A DNA stretch of 64,000 nt from an uncultured Acidobacteriota bacterium (GCA_963700145.1 OY969474.1:5088001-5152000); one strand, 5' to 3'; positions 9,527 to 18,181 are shown, counted from the stretch's first letter. The notes: generated by a model not told the origin, from the sequence alone. Numbers and translations are program-made.

Positions 9527-9724
9527 ATGACCGTCGACCCCATCGTCGAGGAGCTCGATCGACTGCGCGCGGAGCAGATGGCTCGGCTCAACTTCGATTT
9601 CGGGGCGTTCTACCGCGAGCTCCGGGAGCAGCAGAGCCTACTTACGCGCCCGGCGCTGCCTCCGCCGGAGTCGTCGCCGCGGCCGCGTGCCCGGCGCACG
9701 GTCCGCCCCGCCGGCCGCCGTTGA
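9527..9724 (+). CDS. Small hypothetical protein, antitoxin-like
   Basis: GGAG RBS; DPIVEEL..R......NFD pattern recalled from small PIN-associated proteins. Confidence 0.5.
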   Translation: MTVDPIVEELDRLRAEQMARLNFDFGAFYRELREQQSLLTRPALPPPESSPRPRARRTVRPAGRR

Positions 9725-9782
9725 CGCTCGATCGTGAGGGGGTTGGCTTCGGGAGGGCGTTCTCTCTGCGAGGTTGAATACG

Positions 9783-10385
9783 ATGAAACTGAGACTGCCG
9801 CTCCTCGTCGTCGCCAGCGTCTTGCTTGCCGCCGCTGGGAAGCCGAGAACCTACATGGGCTACGCGGTGCGCGAGATGCAGTTTCCGATCGCCGGTGGGG
9901 AGGTCGTGTCGTTGCCCGTGACGGACGCAGGGCCGATTCCCGCGGAGAACCGGGCCTTCAAGATCGAGGTGGCCGGATTCTCGATCACGCCTGCGCTCTT
10001 CGAGCCCAAGAGAGCGACTCTCACCTGGCAGTTTTCGCTGACTGCGAAGAGCGGCAAGGCCTTGGATCGTGTCGTCGTGGAGGAGGTGTTCCCGAGCGAT
10101 ACCGCCCAGGTGCTGGTGGACGACCGGACGCCTGCCCTCAAGCACACGGCCCGCGAGCCGGGCCCTGGAGATCGCGCCGACCGATGGCTTGGCGTTACCG
10201 CCGGCGTCGAGCCGACCTCCGCCTCGACCCCTTGGCTCTTTACCGAGAAAGCTTCGATCTTCGTCTTCCGCTTCAGGATTCACCCGGCCGGCGGTGCCCC
10301 CGTCGTTCTCTACCAGCCGGCATGGTTCTCGTCCCCCGCCAAGGAGGCGTTCAGGCAGAACATCGCGCGCATCAACGGCGGCTGA
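9783..10385 (+). CDS. Secreted hypothetical protein
   Basis: Signal peptide MKLRLPLLVVASVLLAAAG; beta-rich mature part. Confidence 0.7.
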   Translation: MKLRLPLLVVASVLLAAAGKPRTYMGYAVREMQFPIAGGEVVSLPVTDAGPIPAENRAFKIEVAGFSITPALFEPKRATLTWQFSLTAKSGKALDRVVVEEVFPSDTAQVLVDDRTPALKHTAREPGPGDRADRWLGVTAGVEPTSASTPWLFTEKASIFVFRFRIHPAGGAPVVLYQPAWFSSPAKEAFRQNIARINGG

Positions 10386-10465
10386 CGAAGCGAGAGCCCA
10401 CTCTAGCGGCTGGGGCGCTCGGCTAAGGGATTCTCTAGCTCCCGCAGGCTTCGGATGATCAGCGC

Positions 10466-10605
10466 ACGTCGAGAAAGGCAGCGGCAGCGCGGCGGGTGCT
10501 CGGGAAGGGGAGGTGTCGGCTCGAGGCGTTCGCGCCTCGTGCCTGCGGGCTGGAGCTGGATTCGCTCCTGGCGACGATAAGGCAATGGGAGGAGTGGCTG
10601 AGGCG
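10466..10605 (+). pseudogene. C-terminal fragment of a DUF309 paralog
   Basis: RRVLGKGRCRLEAFAPRACGLELDSLL...WEEWL aligns with RRVLGKGRRRLEPLGAVCCGMDLTALV...WEDWL of 498-902. Confidence 0.75.
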
Positions 10606-10828
10606 AGACGGAGGAGCTTCGGCTGCGCGGCGAGCGGCAGCTCCTCGACGTGGTCGAGCACCAGCGTCCCGCCCGCGGCGCGCGCCACCCGCCCCTCGCT
10701 CGCGCGCTCGGCGCCGGTGAAGGCGCCGGGGCGGTAGCCGAAGAGCTCGCTCTCGAAGAGCGCGCTGGGGAAGGCGCCGGGGTCGACCTCGACGAGCGGC
10801 CCGCCGGCGCGCGGGCCGGCGGCGTGGA
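10603..10828 (-). pseudogene. Fragment of a sigma54-activator AAA+ domain
   Basis: FESELFGYRPGAFTGA, AAGGTLVLDHVEELPLAAQPKLLRL with no start or downstream domain. Confidence 0.8.
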
Positions 10829-11218
10829 GGCCGAGGTGCGTTTCCTGCAGCAGGCGGCGATCGACATCGTCTACTCGCACCACGAGCGCTGGGACGGGGC
10901 GGGTTACCCGCGCGGGCTGGCCGGGTCGGCGATCCCGCTGGCGGCGCGGATCTTCGCGGTGGTGGACACCTACGACGCGATCACCTCGGACCGGCCCTAC
11001 CGCCGGGCGCGCGGGCACGCGGCGGCGGTGGCGGAGCTGCAGCGCGTGGCGGGCACGCAGCTCGACCCCGAGATCGTCGAAGTCTTCGCCCGTCTCCCCG
11101 AAGTCGAGCTCCGCCGCCTCCGCGAGCGCTACCGCCACGTCCACCCCGGCCTCTCCCTGCCTGCCGAACTCTTCGACTCGCTGCTGGAGAGCGGCGTCCG
11201 CAAGCCGATCGCGCGCGA
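10829..11218 (+). pseudogene. Inverted partial copy of the 3' end of the HD-GYP gene (about 1546-1934)
   Basis: Near-identical peptide AEVRFLQQAAID...LLESGVR; lacks the HD motif and 5' half. Confidence 0.88.
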
Positions 11219-11238
11219 AGAGAGCTTCGGCGGCAGGT

Positions 11239-11715
11239 CTACGAATCACCACGTCGTTTCTCGAGGTCCCCCGGCGAAGGGCCACCAAAGACCACATCGC
11301 CACCCGCTGCGATGCTGCTATTCGCGGCAGCCACGGCTCGGGTTCCTTGGGCAATGGCGCCATCTCCTTCGAGGTGGGCCCACGATGCGTGCGGACCGGC
11401 CGCCTCGAGCAATCTCGCGATCTCCTCCGCGAAGCTCGGATTGGCGACAAGAAGCTCCTCGACCTGGAGTTCGAGGGCTCCCTGAGCTCGCGGATCCGTG
11501 GGCCGCCGGATCACCTCCTCCACCGCGGCGCGCCCACTCTCCTTCGCCGCCACCTGCGGTTTGAGCCGACCCCAGAGCGCCTTCGCTCCTTCCCACACGC
11601 TCTCGCCCACCTTGTGAGCGATCTCTCCCGCCATCTTCCCTCCCGCCTGCTCGAGGTACGGCAGAAGCGGCACGAGCAGGCCGGTCACTTCACGGGCCAA
11701 CGCTGCGAAGTCCAT
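11239..11715 (-). CDS. Small helical protein homologous to the NACHT protein's N-terminus (Bell-like domain plus putative amyloid motif)
   Basis: AAAGGAG RBS; MDFAALARE..L.PLLPYL...LWGRL.P...P.DP; C-terminal GDGAIAQG..AVAA..SIAAGGDV. Confidence 0.75.
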   Translation of the reverse strand: MDFAALAREVTGLLVPLLPYLEQAGGKMAGEIAHKVGESVWEGAKALWGRLKPQVAAKESGRAAVEEVIRRPTDPRAQGALELQVEELLVANPSFAEEIARLLEAAGPHASWAHLEGDGAIAQGTRAVAAANSSIAAGGDVVFGGPSPGDLEKRRGDS

Positions 11716-11741
11716 TGCTGTCTCCTTTCTCGCCGACAGTG

Positions 11742-12881
11742 CTATTTCTTGGGAACCAGTCCCACGGTAGTGCCACACCACGGAGGCATCTTGCCGTTGA
11801 CAACGCTGCACATCGGATCACGCGTCAGCCGGCACGAGAAGCCAACCGGGCGATCCTCCAGGCAAAGCATTCGCAGCTCGCAGAAGAGCCGGGGACCGTC
11901 CGGCGGCTGGACCCAGGGAGCGAGCTGGACTCTCTCCTGGAGGACGTGCGGAGTCCCGCTGCGCAGCGCCGCCTCCACGTCTGCCGGGGTCGGGTGCAGG
12001 ACCACTCCGCGTCCCGCGACCTCGTTAGCCGGCTTGAGAACGAAGTCGACCCGTTCCGCCCACTCCCATGCGGTCTCCGCGGTCAGATTGACCGTCTCGG
12101 GCACTAAATCCGACACCTCGCGGAGCCACGGCAAGCTGCGTTTACCTAACATGAAGAACCAGTCGGGGTGCAGAACCCAATCGCGCGGCTGCCTGCAAAA
12201 TGCCTGGAAAACCTCCTCGTGCCCGGTCAGCTCGGTTTCGACAGGCAGGACCCGGGAGTAGATGCGACGCCGGGAGCTGTCGAGCCGCCGCAGCGTATCC
12301 CACGTCAGGTCGACAATCTCGACGTCGGCAATACTCTGCAGGACCAGAAAATCGGTACGCGAGCGCTGCTGGGAAGCGTCGATGTCCACTAGCACCGAAT
12401 CTCCGACGACGGAAATCAGGTGCTCGCAGTACTCCCGCCACGATCGGTAGCTGAGAAACGGCGTGCACCCCTCGACCACTTGCTCAGTGAGGAGGTGGCC
12501 GAACCAAGGCACGACTCCCATGAACGAGGACAGGCCCTGGCATTCGAGCAGTCGAGGAATGAGCTCTCCACCGCCTCCGAGGCCGAGGGCGAAATCGAAC
12601 TGAGACAGAGATGGAATATCGCCCCGTTGGCCACCACCGCGGTATTTTTCGGGTACCCACTTAGCAGCCTCTTTCCGGTAATCATCGCAACGGATACGCG
12701 CGAAGAACGCCGACACAGCGGCAGCGAGCCAACGTGCCAGACGGCGGGAAACGAAGACCGGGCTCGCGGCGAGTGGAAAGGTGATCTCTTCACCAGTGGC
12801 GGTGGCGATCTGGTCGCGGATCCGTTGTACTGCGGCGGCATCGAAGCTGCGATTAAACCGTGCGCGATGGGAGGTGATCAT
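11742..12881 (-). CDS. ATP-grasp-like (glutathionylspermidine synthase-like) protein
   Basis: QFDFAL, PRLLECQG, FVLKPANEVAGRGV, VLQERV, ELRM; ATGA-coupled to the NACHT gene. Confidence 0.65.
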   Translation of the reverse strand: MITSHRARFNRSFDAAAVQRIRDQIATATGEEITFPLAASPVFVSRRLARWLAAAVSAFFARIRCDDYRKEAAKWVPEKYRGGGQRGDIPSLSQFDFALGLGGGGELIPRLLECQGLSSFMGVVPWFGHLLTEQVVEGCTPFLSYRSWREYCEHLISVVGDSVLVDIDASQQRSRTDFLVLQSIADVEIVDLTWDTLRRLDSSRRRIYSRVLPVETELTGHEEVFQAFCRQPRDWVLHPDWFFMLGKRSLPWLREVSDLVPETVNLTAETAWEWAERVDFVLKPANEVAGRGVVLHPTPADVEAALRSGTPHVLQERVQLAPWVQPPDGPRLFCELRMLCLEDRPVGFSCRLTRDPMCSVVNGKMPPWCGTTVGLVPKK

Positions 12882-15800
12882 GGAGGGTGGTGCAGCATGA
12901 CGCGGAACCCGATCCCTCCGTCCCGCACTCCAGGGTCGTACCAGGAACGGTAAGCGCAGCGGATGTACCGAGGGGTGCGAACATACGAGCCCCCGCGCAC
13001 AATGCGGAACACGGTCGCGGGAGCCTCCAGGTCCTCCCGTCCGTCCGCCAAATCGTAGGGGTACTTGAACGCAATCTCCAGGGGGTCCTCTCCCCAAAGG
13101 CTGCGCGTCCACTCCCACACGTTGCCGGCCATCTCCTCGCAGCCGTAGGGGCTCGCGCCGCCGGGGAAACAGCCGACGGGGCTCGGCCTGCCGATCCCAG
13201 TCAACCCGAAGCTGGCGCGGTCGGCGTCCACCCAGTCTCCCCAAGGATAGATTCTGCCGTCGGTTCCCCGGGCTGCCTTTTCCCATTCCGCCTCTGACGG
13301 CAACGACACCCGCCATTCCCCATCCGCGAGGCGTTGCCAAAAGTCACGTCTCTCGCGATCCAGTGGCTCGCTCAACCGCCGGCCGGCCAGCTCGCGCAGG
13401 CGCTCTCCCAACCATCGGCAGTACGCGAGGGCGTCATACCAGGTGATGTAGACCACCGGCTGGTTCAGCAGGCCCGCGAGGCACTTGCGATTTTCGAGTT
13501 CGTACGCACTCCGCTCCACGAACTCGGCGAACTGCTGCACTGTCACCGGATAGCGTGCGAGGGCGCAGTCGGCGACCTGCACGTAGTGTGGCGCCATCTC
13601 GTCGTCGCAGGCGTCGGCGTCTCGCGCTCTGTCGCTGCCCATCAGAAAGGCCCCCGCGGGCAGCTCGACGAAGCCCAGCGCCGGCTCCCGCGGCAGGTAA
13701 CAAAGCTCCGGGTCGAAGCGGGAATCGCCCAGCCGGGCGAGGCTCGTACCCGCCTGCGCCCGCTCGATGGCAGCGAAACCGAGGCGACCGTCGCGGATGA
13801 GACGGAGGAGGAACCGCTGGATGCGCTCAAGCTTGAGCCGGTTCGGCTCGCTTACGGTCTCCAGGTCGGCCGACTCGGCTAGGAGCTGTCCGGCGAGCTG
13901 GGCTCCCCAGGCGTCCGCCGCACCTGCTGCTCGGTCGTCAGGTTCCCGCCAACAGAGCGCTTCCGCCAGGCTCCATACCGTCGCCGCAGATCGGCGGGCC
14001 TCCTTCGCTCCCGCCAACAGCACGACCTCTCGCCAGCGGTCGTGCTCCGCCCGTCCCAGCCCCGCCACCCGGTCGGGAAATGAATCTCCGGTCAGATGGC
14101 AGGCGGCCAAATATTCCTGGAAGGTGCGGTGGAGGAACGTGTACACCCCCACGCCGCGGGACTCGAGAATCCCGGCCCGGTCGCGCAAGTATTCCACCAG
14201 ACGCTTGGGATTGGCTTCCGGGTTGCGGCTCAAGTGCATTAGCAGCGCCACCAGCCTGCCCTCGTCGATATCTGCCGTGCCGGCGGCCCCCGCCTGCGCC
14301 GTATGGACCTCGTAGGCTAGTTGCTGGAGGGCCCCGCGGACCTTCTCCATACCGGTGTCCAGGAACTCCGTGAGACTCGGGTGGGGCTTCCCGTTTGTGT
14401 CCAGGGTTACGCGCTGCCTCTCCCATGAACTGAGTAGCAGCTCCAGGGCTTCGGCGTAGAGTTCCTCACGCCGCTGCGGCAGTTCGCCCCCACGCGAGGC
14501 GTGAAGGTTGGCCATCAAAGTCAGCAGCAGCGGACGCTCCGCTAGCTCTCGCAACCGGGGATTGCCGAGGATGGACCGTTCGAGCTGCGCGGCCTGCGCC
14601 GACGCATCTTTGGGTACAAGTTGTCCTTTAGCCGCTTGGTGCGCGTACCAGGCGCGAACGAAGCGGCGGATCTGGCCCGTGCCGAAGGGTGCGAGCACGG
14701 CCTCAGAGAATCCCGGCAGACGCCACCTCTGGTTGCGATAGGCATAGGAGCGGCTCGTGAGGAGCACGCGGCATTTGCCGAACCCTTCGACAAAGGCCTC
14801 GACCACCTGGCGGATCTGATCGCGCCGGGTGTCGGCCTCGGGCACCTCGTCGAGGCCGTCGAGCAGCAGGAGACCACCGCGGGTGAGCAGCTCCCGCTTG
14901 AGGAAGGTGCAATATTCACCGAAGCCGGCCTCTCGCAGATCGCGCTCGAGAGCGTCCCAGAGGTCCTGGGCCGTCGCCTTGCGGCCTCGCTCCGGAAGCT
15001 TCGTCGCGAGATGACGCAGCACGACCCGCACTGGCAGGAGAGGACCGTGGTCCCAGGGCTGTCGCTCTCTCTCGGCATGGCCCTGCTCATCCGGCAGCGG
15101 CGCTGTCAACCGTTCCAAGTTAATCCCCGGCAGGCCGAGCACCTCGCCCGCATGGCAGAGGGCGACAAAGCTCACGAACGTGCTCTTGCCGCTGCCTGGC
15201 TCTCCTAGGAGGACAAGGCGCTCATGTCGATTCATTTCCTCGAGAGCGGAGGAAGGACGAGATGCCATCCGGTCTCCCCGCTCGTCGGCGGCGGCGTGCT
15301 CGGCCCGGGTCGACAACGCAGTGTAGACGGCCTCGAGATTCAGCCGAGCTTCGGAATCGGGTGCCGGGGCGGACTCCGCTGCAGCCAGCGAAATGAACCC
15401 GGTCTGCTCCGCTACGCGCCGGAGATAGGCGTCGCGGAGGGCCGCTTCACCGGTGTCGGCCGCTGGCATGCCGCCGATGATCGTCTGATTCTCGATGAGA
15501 TCCCGCCCTGCGGCCCTGCTCAGGCCGCTGGCCACCACATTGCCTTCCCCCTGCGCCAACGCTCCCGAGCCGCGCAGCAGGACGCGGTAGTTCGTATCTC
15601 CCGGAGAGTTCGCAGCGAACAGCTGCGCCATCTCGGCGGCGAGACCCGCGTCGCTATCCAGGATTTTCCGCAGTTCGACCCGCAGCGCCGCCTTGAGATC
15701 CGGATCCTGCGGCGTCACCGAGAGATCCTGCGCCACCTCGACAGCTTGGGGCTTGGCCCCGATCAATGGCCAGAGCCTCGTCCAAAGTCTCTCGCCCTGC

Positions 15801-15937
15801 TGCAGAGTCTCGGTGTCGAATTCGCCGCCCTTCTCCACGCCGACCTTTTTCTCACCCAGCCCCCCCGCGCTCACGAGATCGGGCAGTAGTGGAGCAAGGA
15901 ATTCGGCGAGCGCTCGGGCGAGCTGAGAGGCATCCAT
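12878..15937 (-). CDS. NACHT NTPase with C-terminal FGE-sulfatase/SUMF1 (CLec-fold) domain; bacterial NLR-like
   Basis: Walker A GEPGSGKST, Walker B LLLLDGLDE, PLLL, FLHRTFQEYLAA; FLMGSD, LPSEAEWEKAARG, MAGNVWEW, RGGS, IGFR. Confidence 0.92.
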   Translation of the reverse strand: MDASQLARALAEFLAPLLPDLVSAGGLGEKKVGVEKGGEFDTETLQQGERLWTRLWPLIGAKPQAVEVAQDLSVTPQDPDLKAALRVELRKILDSDAGLAAEMAQLFAANSPGDTNYRVLLRGSGALAQGEGNVVASGLSRAAGRDLIENQTIIGGMPAADTGEAALRDAYLRRVAEQTGFISLAAAESAPAPDSEARLNLEAVYTALSTRAEHAAADERGDRMASRPSSALEEMNRHERLVLLGEPGSGKSTFVSFVALCHAGEVLGLPGINLERLTAPLPDEQGHAERERQPWDHGPLLPVRVVLRHLATKLPERGRKATAQDLWDALERDLREAGFGEYCTFLKRELLTRGGLLLLDGLDEVPEADTRRDQIRQVVEAFVEGFGKCRVLLTSRSYAYRNQRWRLPGFSEAVLAPFGTGQIRRFVRAWYAHQAAKGQLVPKDASAQAAQLERSILGNPRLRELAERPLLLTLMANLHASRGGELPQRREELYAEALELLLSSWERQRVTLDTNGKPHPSLTEFLDTGMEKVRGALQQLAYEVHTAQAGAAGTADIDEGRLVALLMHLSRNPEANPKRLVEYLRDRAGILESRGVGVYTFLHRTFQEYLAACHLTGDSFPDRVAGLGRAEHDRWREVVLLAGAKEARRSAATVWSLAEALCWREPDDRAAGAADAWGAQLAGQLLAESADLETVSEPNRLKLERIQRFLLRLIRDGRLGFAAIERAQAGTSLARLGDSRFDPELCYLPREPALGFVELPAGAFLMGSDRARDADACDDEMAPHYVQVADCALARYPVTVQQFAEFVERSAYELENRKCLAGLLNQPVVYITWYDALAYCRWLGERLRELAGRRLSEPLDRERRDFWQRLADGEWRVSLPSEAEWEKAARGTDGRIYPWGDWVDADRASFGLTGIGRPSPVGCFPGGASPYGCEEMAGNVWEWTRSLWGEDPLEIAFKYPYDLADGREDLEAPATVFRIVRGGSYVRTPRYIRCAYRSWYDPGVRDGGIGFRVMLHHPP

Positions 15938-16014
15938 CGGAAGCGGCTCTTCCTGCCTTCCTGTAGAAAGTATAAGAGTGAGTCTAGTCCGTCTCGCACT
16001 GTAAGCTCACTGTT

Positions 16015-16234
16015 TTGGCCGACGGCTAGAGAGTCCTCTACTCGGACCTGAGCGCCGAGGAACAGCGGCGGCTGTTCTGGGAGGGAATCAAGAAGTTCAA
16101 TGCGGGGCGGTTCTATCACTGGCACGACGCCTGGGAGGAGATCTGGCGGTCCACGACCCCAGAGCCGCGGGACCTCTTTCAGGGGCTGGTCCAGGAGTGA
16201 CCAAGCGGCGGGCCTGCACCTCCACTTCGACGTC
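16015..16234 (+). pseudogene. N-terminal fragment of a DUF309 paralog with in-frame stops
   Basis: G*RVLYSDLSAEEQRRLFWEGIKKFNAGRFYHWHDAWEEIWRSTTPEPRDLFQGLVQE* then AAGLHLHFD in another frame; matches 498-690. Confidence 0.85.
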
Positions 16235-16403
16235 ACCCGCGGCTGTCCCGACTGGGGCTGCCAGACGATCCCTGTCCGGTTCGAGAACTCGTCCGGTAAC
16301 CCGCTCCTGCAAGGGCAGGAGGCGCGAGCCCTCCCGCTCGCCGCCGCGGACGATCGGGGGGCTCGGCGGATCATCCGCGACACCCGGGCGGACCGGCGGA
16401 GCG

Positions 16404-16697
16404 GCCGGGCGGATCGTCCCGGCTGTCGGGAAAGTCGTCCCGGCCGTCCGGAAAGTTATCCGAGCCGCCGGGAAAGCTATCCCGACGGCCGGGAAAGTTA
16501 TCCCGATGGTCGGGAAAGCTATCCCGGCGGCCCGGAAAGCTATCCTGACTGCCAAGAAAGTTATCCCGATTATCGGGAAAGCTTTCCCGATGGTCCAGAA
16601 AGCTATCCCGATCGCCGGAAAAGCTTTCCCGATGGCCGGGAAAGTTATCCCGACGGCTGGGAAAGCTTTCCCGACGGCCGGGAGGGTCTTCCCGAGG
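16404..16697. repeat. Tandem array of 14 x 21-bp units with a palindromic core
   Basis: Unit approx. gccgggaaagctatcccgacg; core CGGGAAAGCTTTCCCG is self-complementary. Confidence 0.92.
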
Positions 16698-16709
16698 TCC
16701 GGGGAGTCC

Positions 16710-17474
16710 CTAGCGGTGCCGCCAGGCCGGGGGGCGCTTGGCGAGGAAGGCGGCGATGCCTTCTTCCATGTCCTCGGTGGCCGTCAGCTCTTCCAAGTAG
16801 ATCCGCTCGGCCTCGGCGAGGGCGGCGTCGAAAGGCCGCTCGCTCCCCGCCCTGACCGCCTTCTTGAGCAGGGGCGCCACGGCGGCACTCCGCTCCAGGA
16901 GGTCGGAGGTCACCCGTGCCAGCGCCGCTTCCAGGTCGTCGCCCGCCCGCCAGGTCACCAATCCCAGCCGTTCCGCCTCATCGCAGTCGAAGGTGCGGCC
17001 GGTGAGGAGGAGCTCCAGCGCCCGCCCTTCGCCCACCCGCCGCGGCAGGAGGGCCGCCGCCACCGGCGGGAAGCAGCCGAGGAGGATCTCGGGCTGGCCG
17101 AAGCGGGCGTCGTCGGTGGCGAGGACCCAGTCGCAGGCGAGGGCCAGCTCGAGGCCGCCGCCGAGGCAGTGGCCCTGGACGGCGGCGAGGGTCGGCGCCG
17201 ACAGGGCGTGGATCGCGCGGATCGCGGCGTGGAAGGCGGGGAGAGCGGCAGCGATCTTGTCGCGGGTGTGGTCCTGGACGGCGACGCCGGCCGAGAACGC
17301 CCGCCCGCCGGCGCCGCGCACGACGACGAGCTGGAGCCCCTCCGCGCGCGCCAGCCCTTCGGCGGCGGCGCGCAGGGCTTCCAGGGTCGGGAGGTCGAGG
17401 ACGTTGAGCGGCGGGCGGTCGAGGGTGAGGGTGGCGACCCGCCCGTCGCGGGCCAGGACGACGCCCTCGCTCAT
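16710..17474 (-). CDS. Enoyl-CoA hydratase (dienoyl-CoA hydratase-like)
   Basis: FSAGVAVQDH, GGGLELA, FGQPEILLGCFPPVA. Confidence 0.85.
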   Translation of the reverse strand: MSEGVVLARDGRVATLTLDRPPLNVLDLPTLEALRAAAEGLARAEGLQLVVVRGAGGRAFSAGVAVQDHTRDKIAAALPAFHAAIRAIHALSAPTLAAVQGHCLGGGLELALACDWVLATDDARFGQPEILLGCFPPVAAALLPRRVGEGRALELLLTGRTFDCDEAERLGLVTWRAGDDLEAALARVTSDLLERSAAVAPLLKKAVRAGSERPFDAALAEAERIYLEELTATEDMEEGIAAFLAKRPPAWRHR

Positions 17475-18181
17475 TGCGCGCCGAGCGCCCGCTGCGCGAA
17501 GACGCGCCAGAGCTCGCGCTGCGGCGGCAGAGGGACGAGGTCCTCGGGGTGCCACTGGACGGCGCGCAGCCACCAGCCAGTGTCCGCCGGCAGCTCGCAG
17601 GCCTCGATCAGGCCGTCGGGGGCGACCGCGGCGGTCACCAGCCCGGGGGCGAGGTCCTTGACCGCCTGGTGGTGGCGGCTGTTGACCAGCGGCGGCTCGC
17701 CGCCGAGCTGCGCCCCGAGCGCCGTCTCCGGCGCCACGACACGCAGCTCGTGGGCGAGCAGGTCCGGAGGCGTGTCCTGGTCGTGGTCGATCCCGGAGGG
17801 GAGCTGGGTGGGGAGGTCCTGCCAGAGCGTGCCGCCGAGGTAGACGTTGACGACCTGCATGCCGCGGCAGACCGCCCAGACCGGCACGCGCGCGCCGCGG
17901 GCGCCGTCGAGGAGCGCCCACTCCTGAGCGTCGAGGCCGGGTTTGACCTCCACCTGCGCGTCGGGCCGCGTCGCCTCGCCGTAGAGCGCCGGGTCCACGT
18001 CCGGGCCGCCGCAGAGGACCAGGCCGGCGGCCCTCGCGGCCAGCTCGCGGAGGCCGTCGCTGCTGCCCTCCGGGGTGATGACACGGATCCGCTCCGCCGG
18101 CACCTCCACCGCCCGCAGGGCGGCGACGTAGGTGGACGCCTTCTGGGTACTGCGCGCCGAGACCAAGACCTCGCCGCTCAC
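17471..18181 (-). CDS. Peptidase C26 / gamma-glutamyl-gamma-aminobutyrate hydrolase family
   Basis: GGPDVDP, AVCRGMQ, NSRHHQAV, VQWHPE; GTGA overlap. Confidence 0.88.
   Translation of the reverse strand: MSGEVLVSARSTQKASTYVAALRAVEVPAERIRVITPEGSSDGLRELAARAAGLVLCGGPDVDPALYGEATRPDAQVEVKPGLDAQEWALLDGARGARVPVWAVCRGMQVVNVYLGGTLWQDLPTQLPSGIDHDQDTPPDLLAHELRVVAPETALGAQLGGEPPLVNSRHHQAVKDLAPGLVTAAVAPDGLIEACELPADTGWWLRAVQWHPEDLVPLPPQRELWRVFAQRALGAQ

Noticed and set aside
10829-11218. HD-GYP duplicate as a DGR template/variable repeat pair
   Set aside because: Differences are not adenine-specific, the copy is long and inverted, and there is no RT
9642-11450. 602-aa minus-strand ORF containing GAFTGA
   Set aside because: Chance read-through of antisense HD-GYP, a short sigma54 fragment and antisense of other genes; not a coherent protein
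16404-16697. Possible CRISPR array
   Set aside because: 21-bp period with only ~5 variable bases, degenerate repeats, no spacer-sized unique sequence and no cas genes
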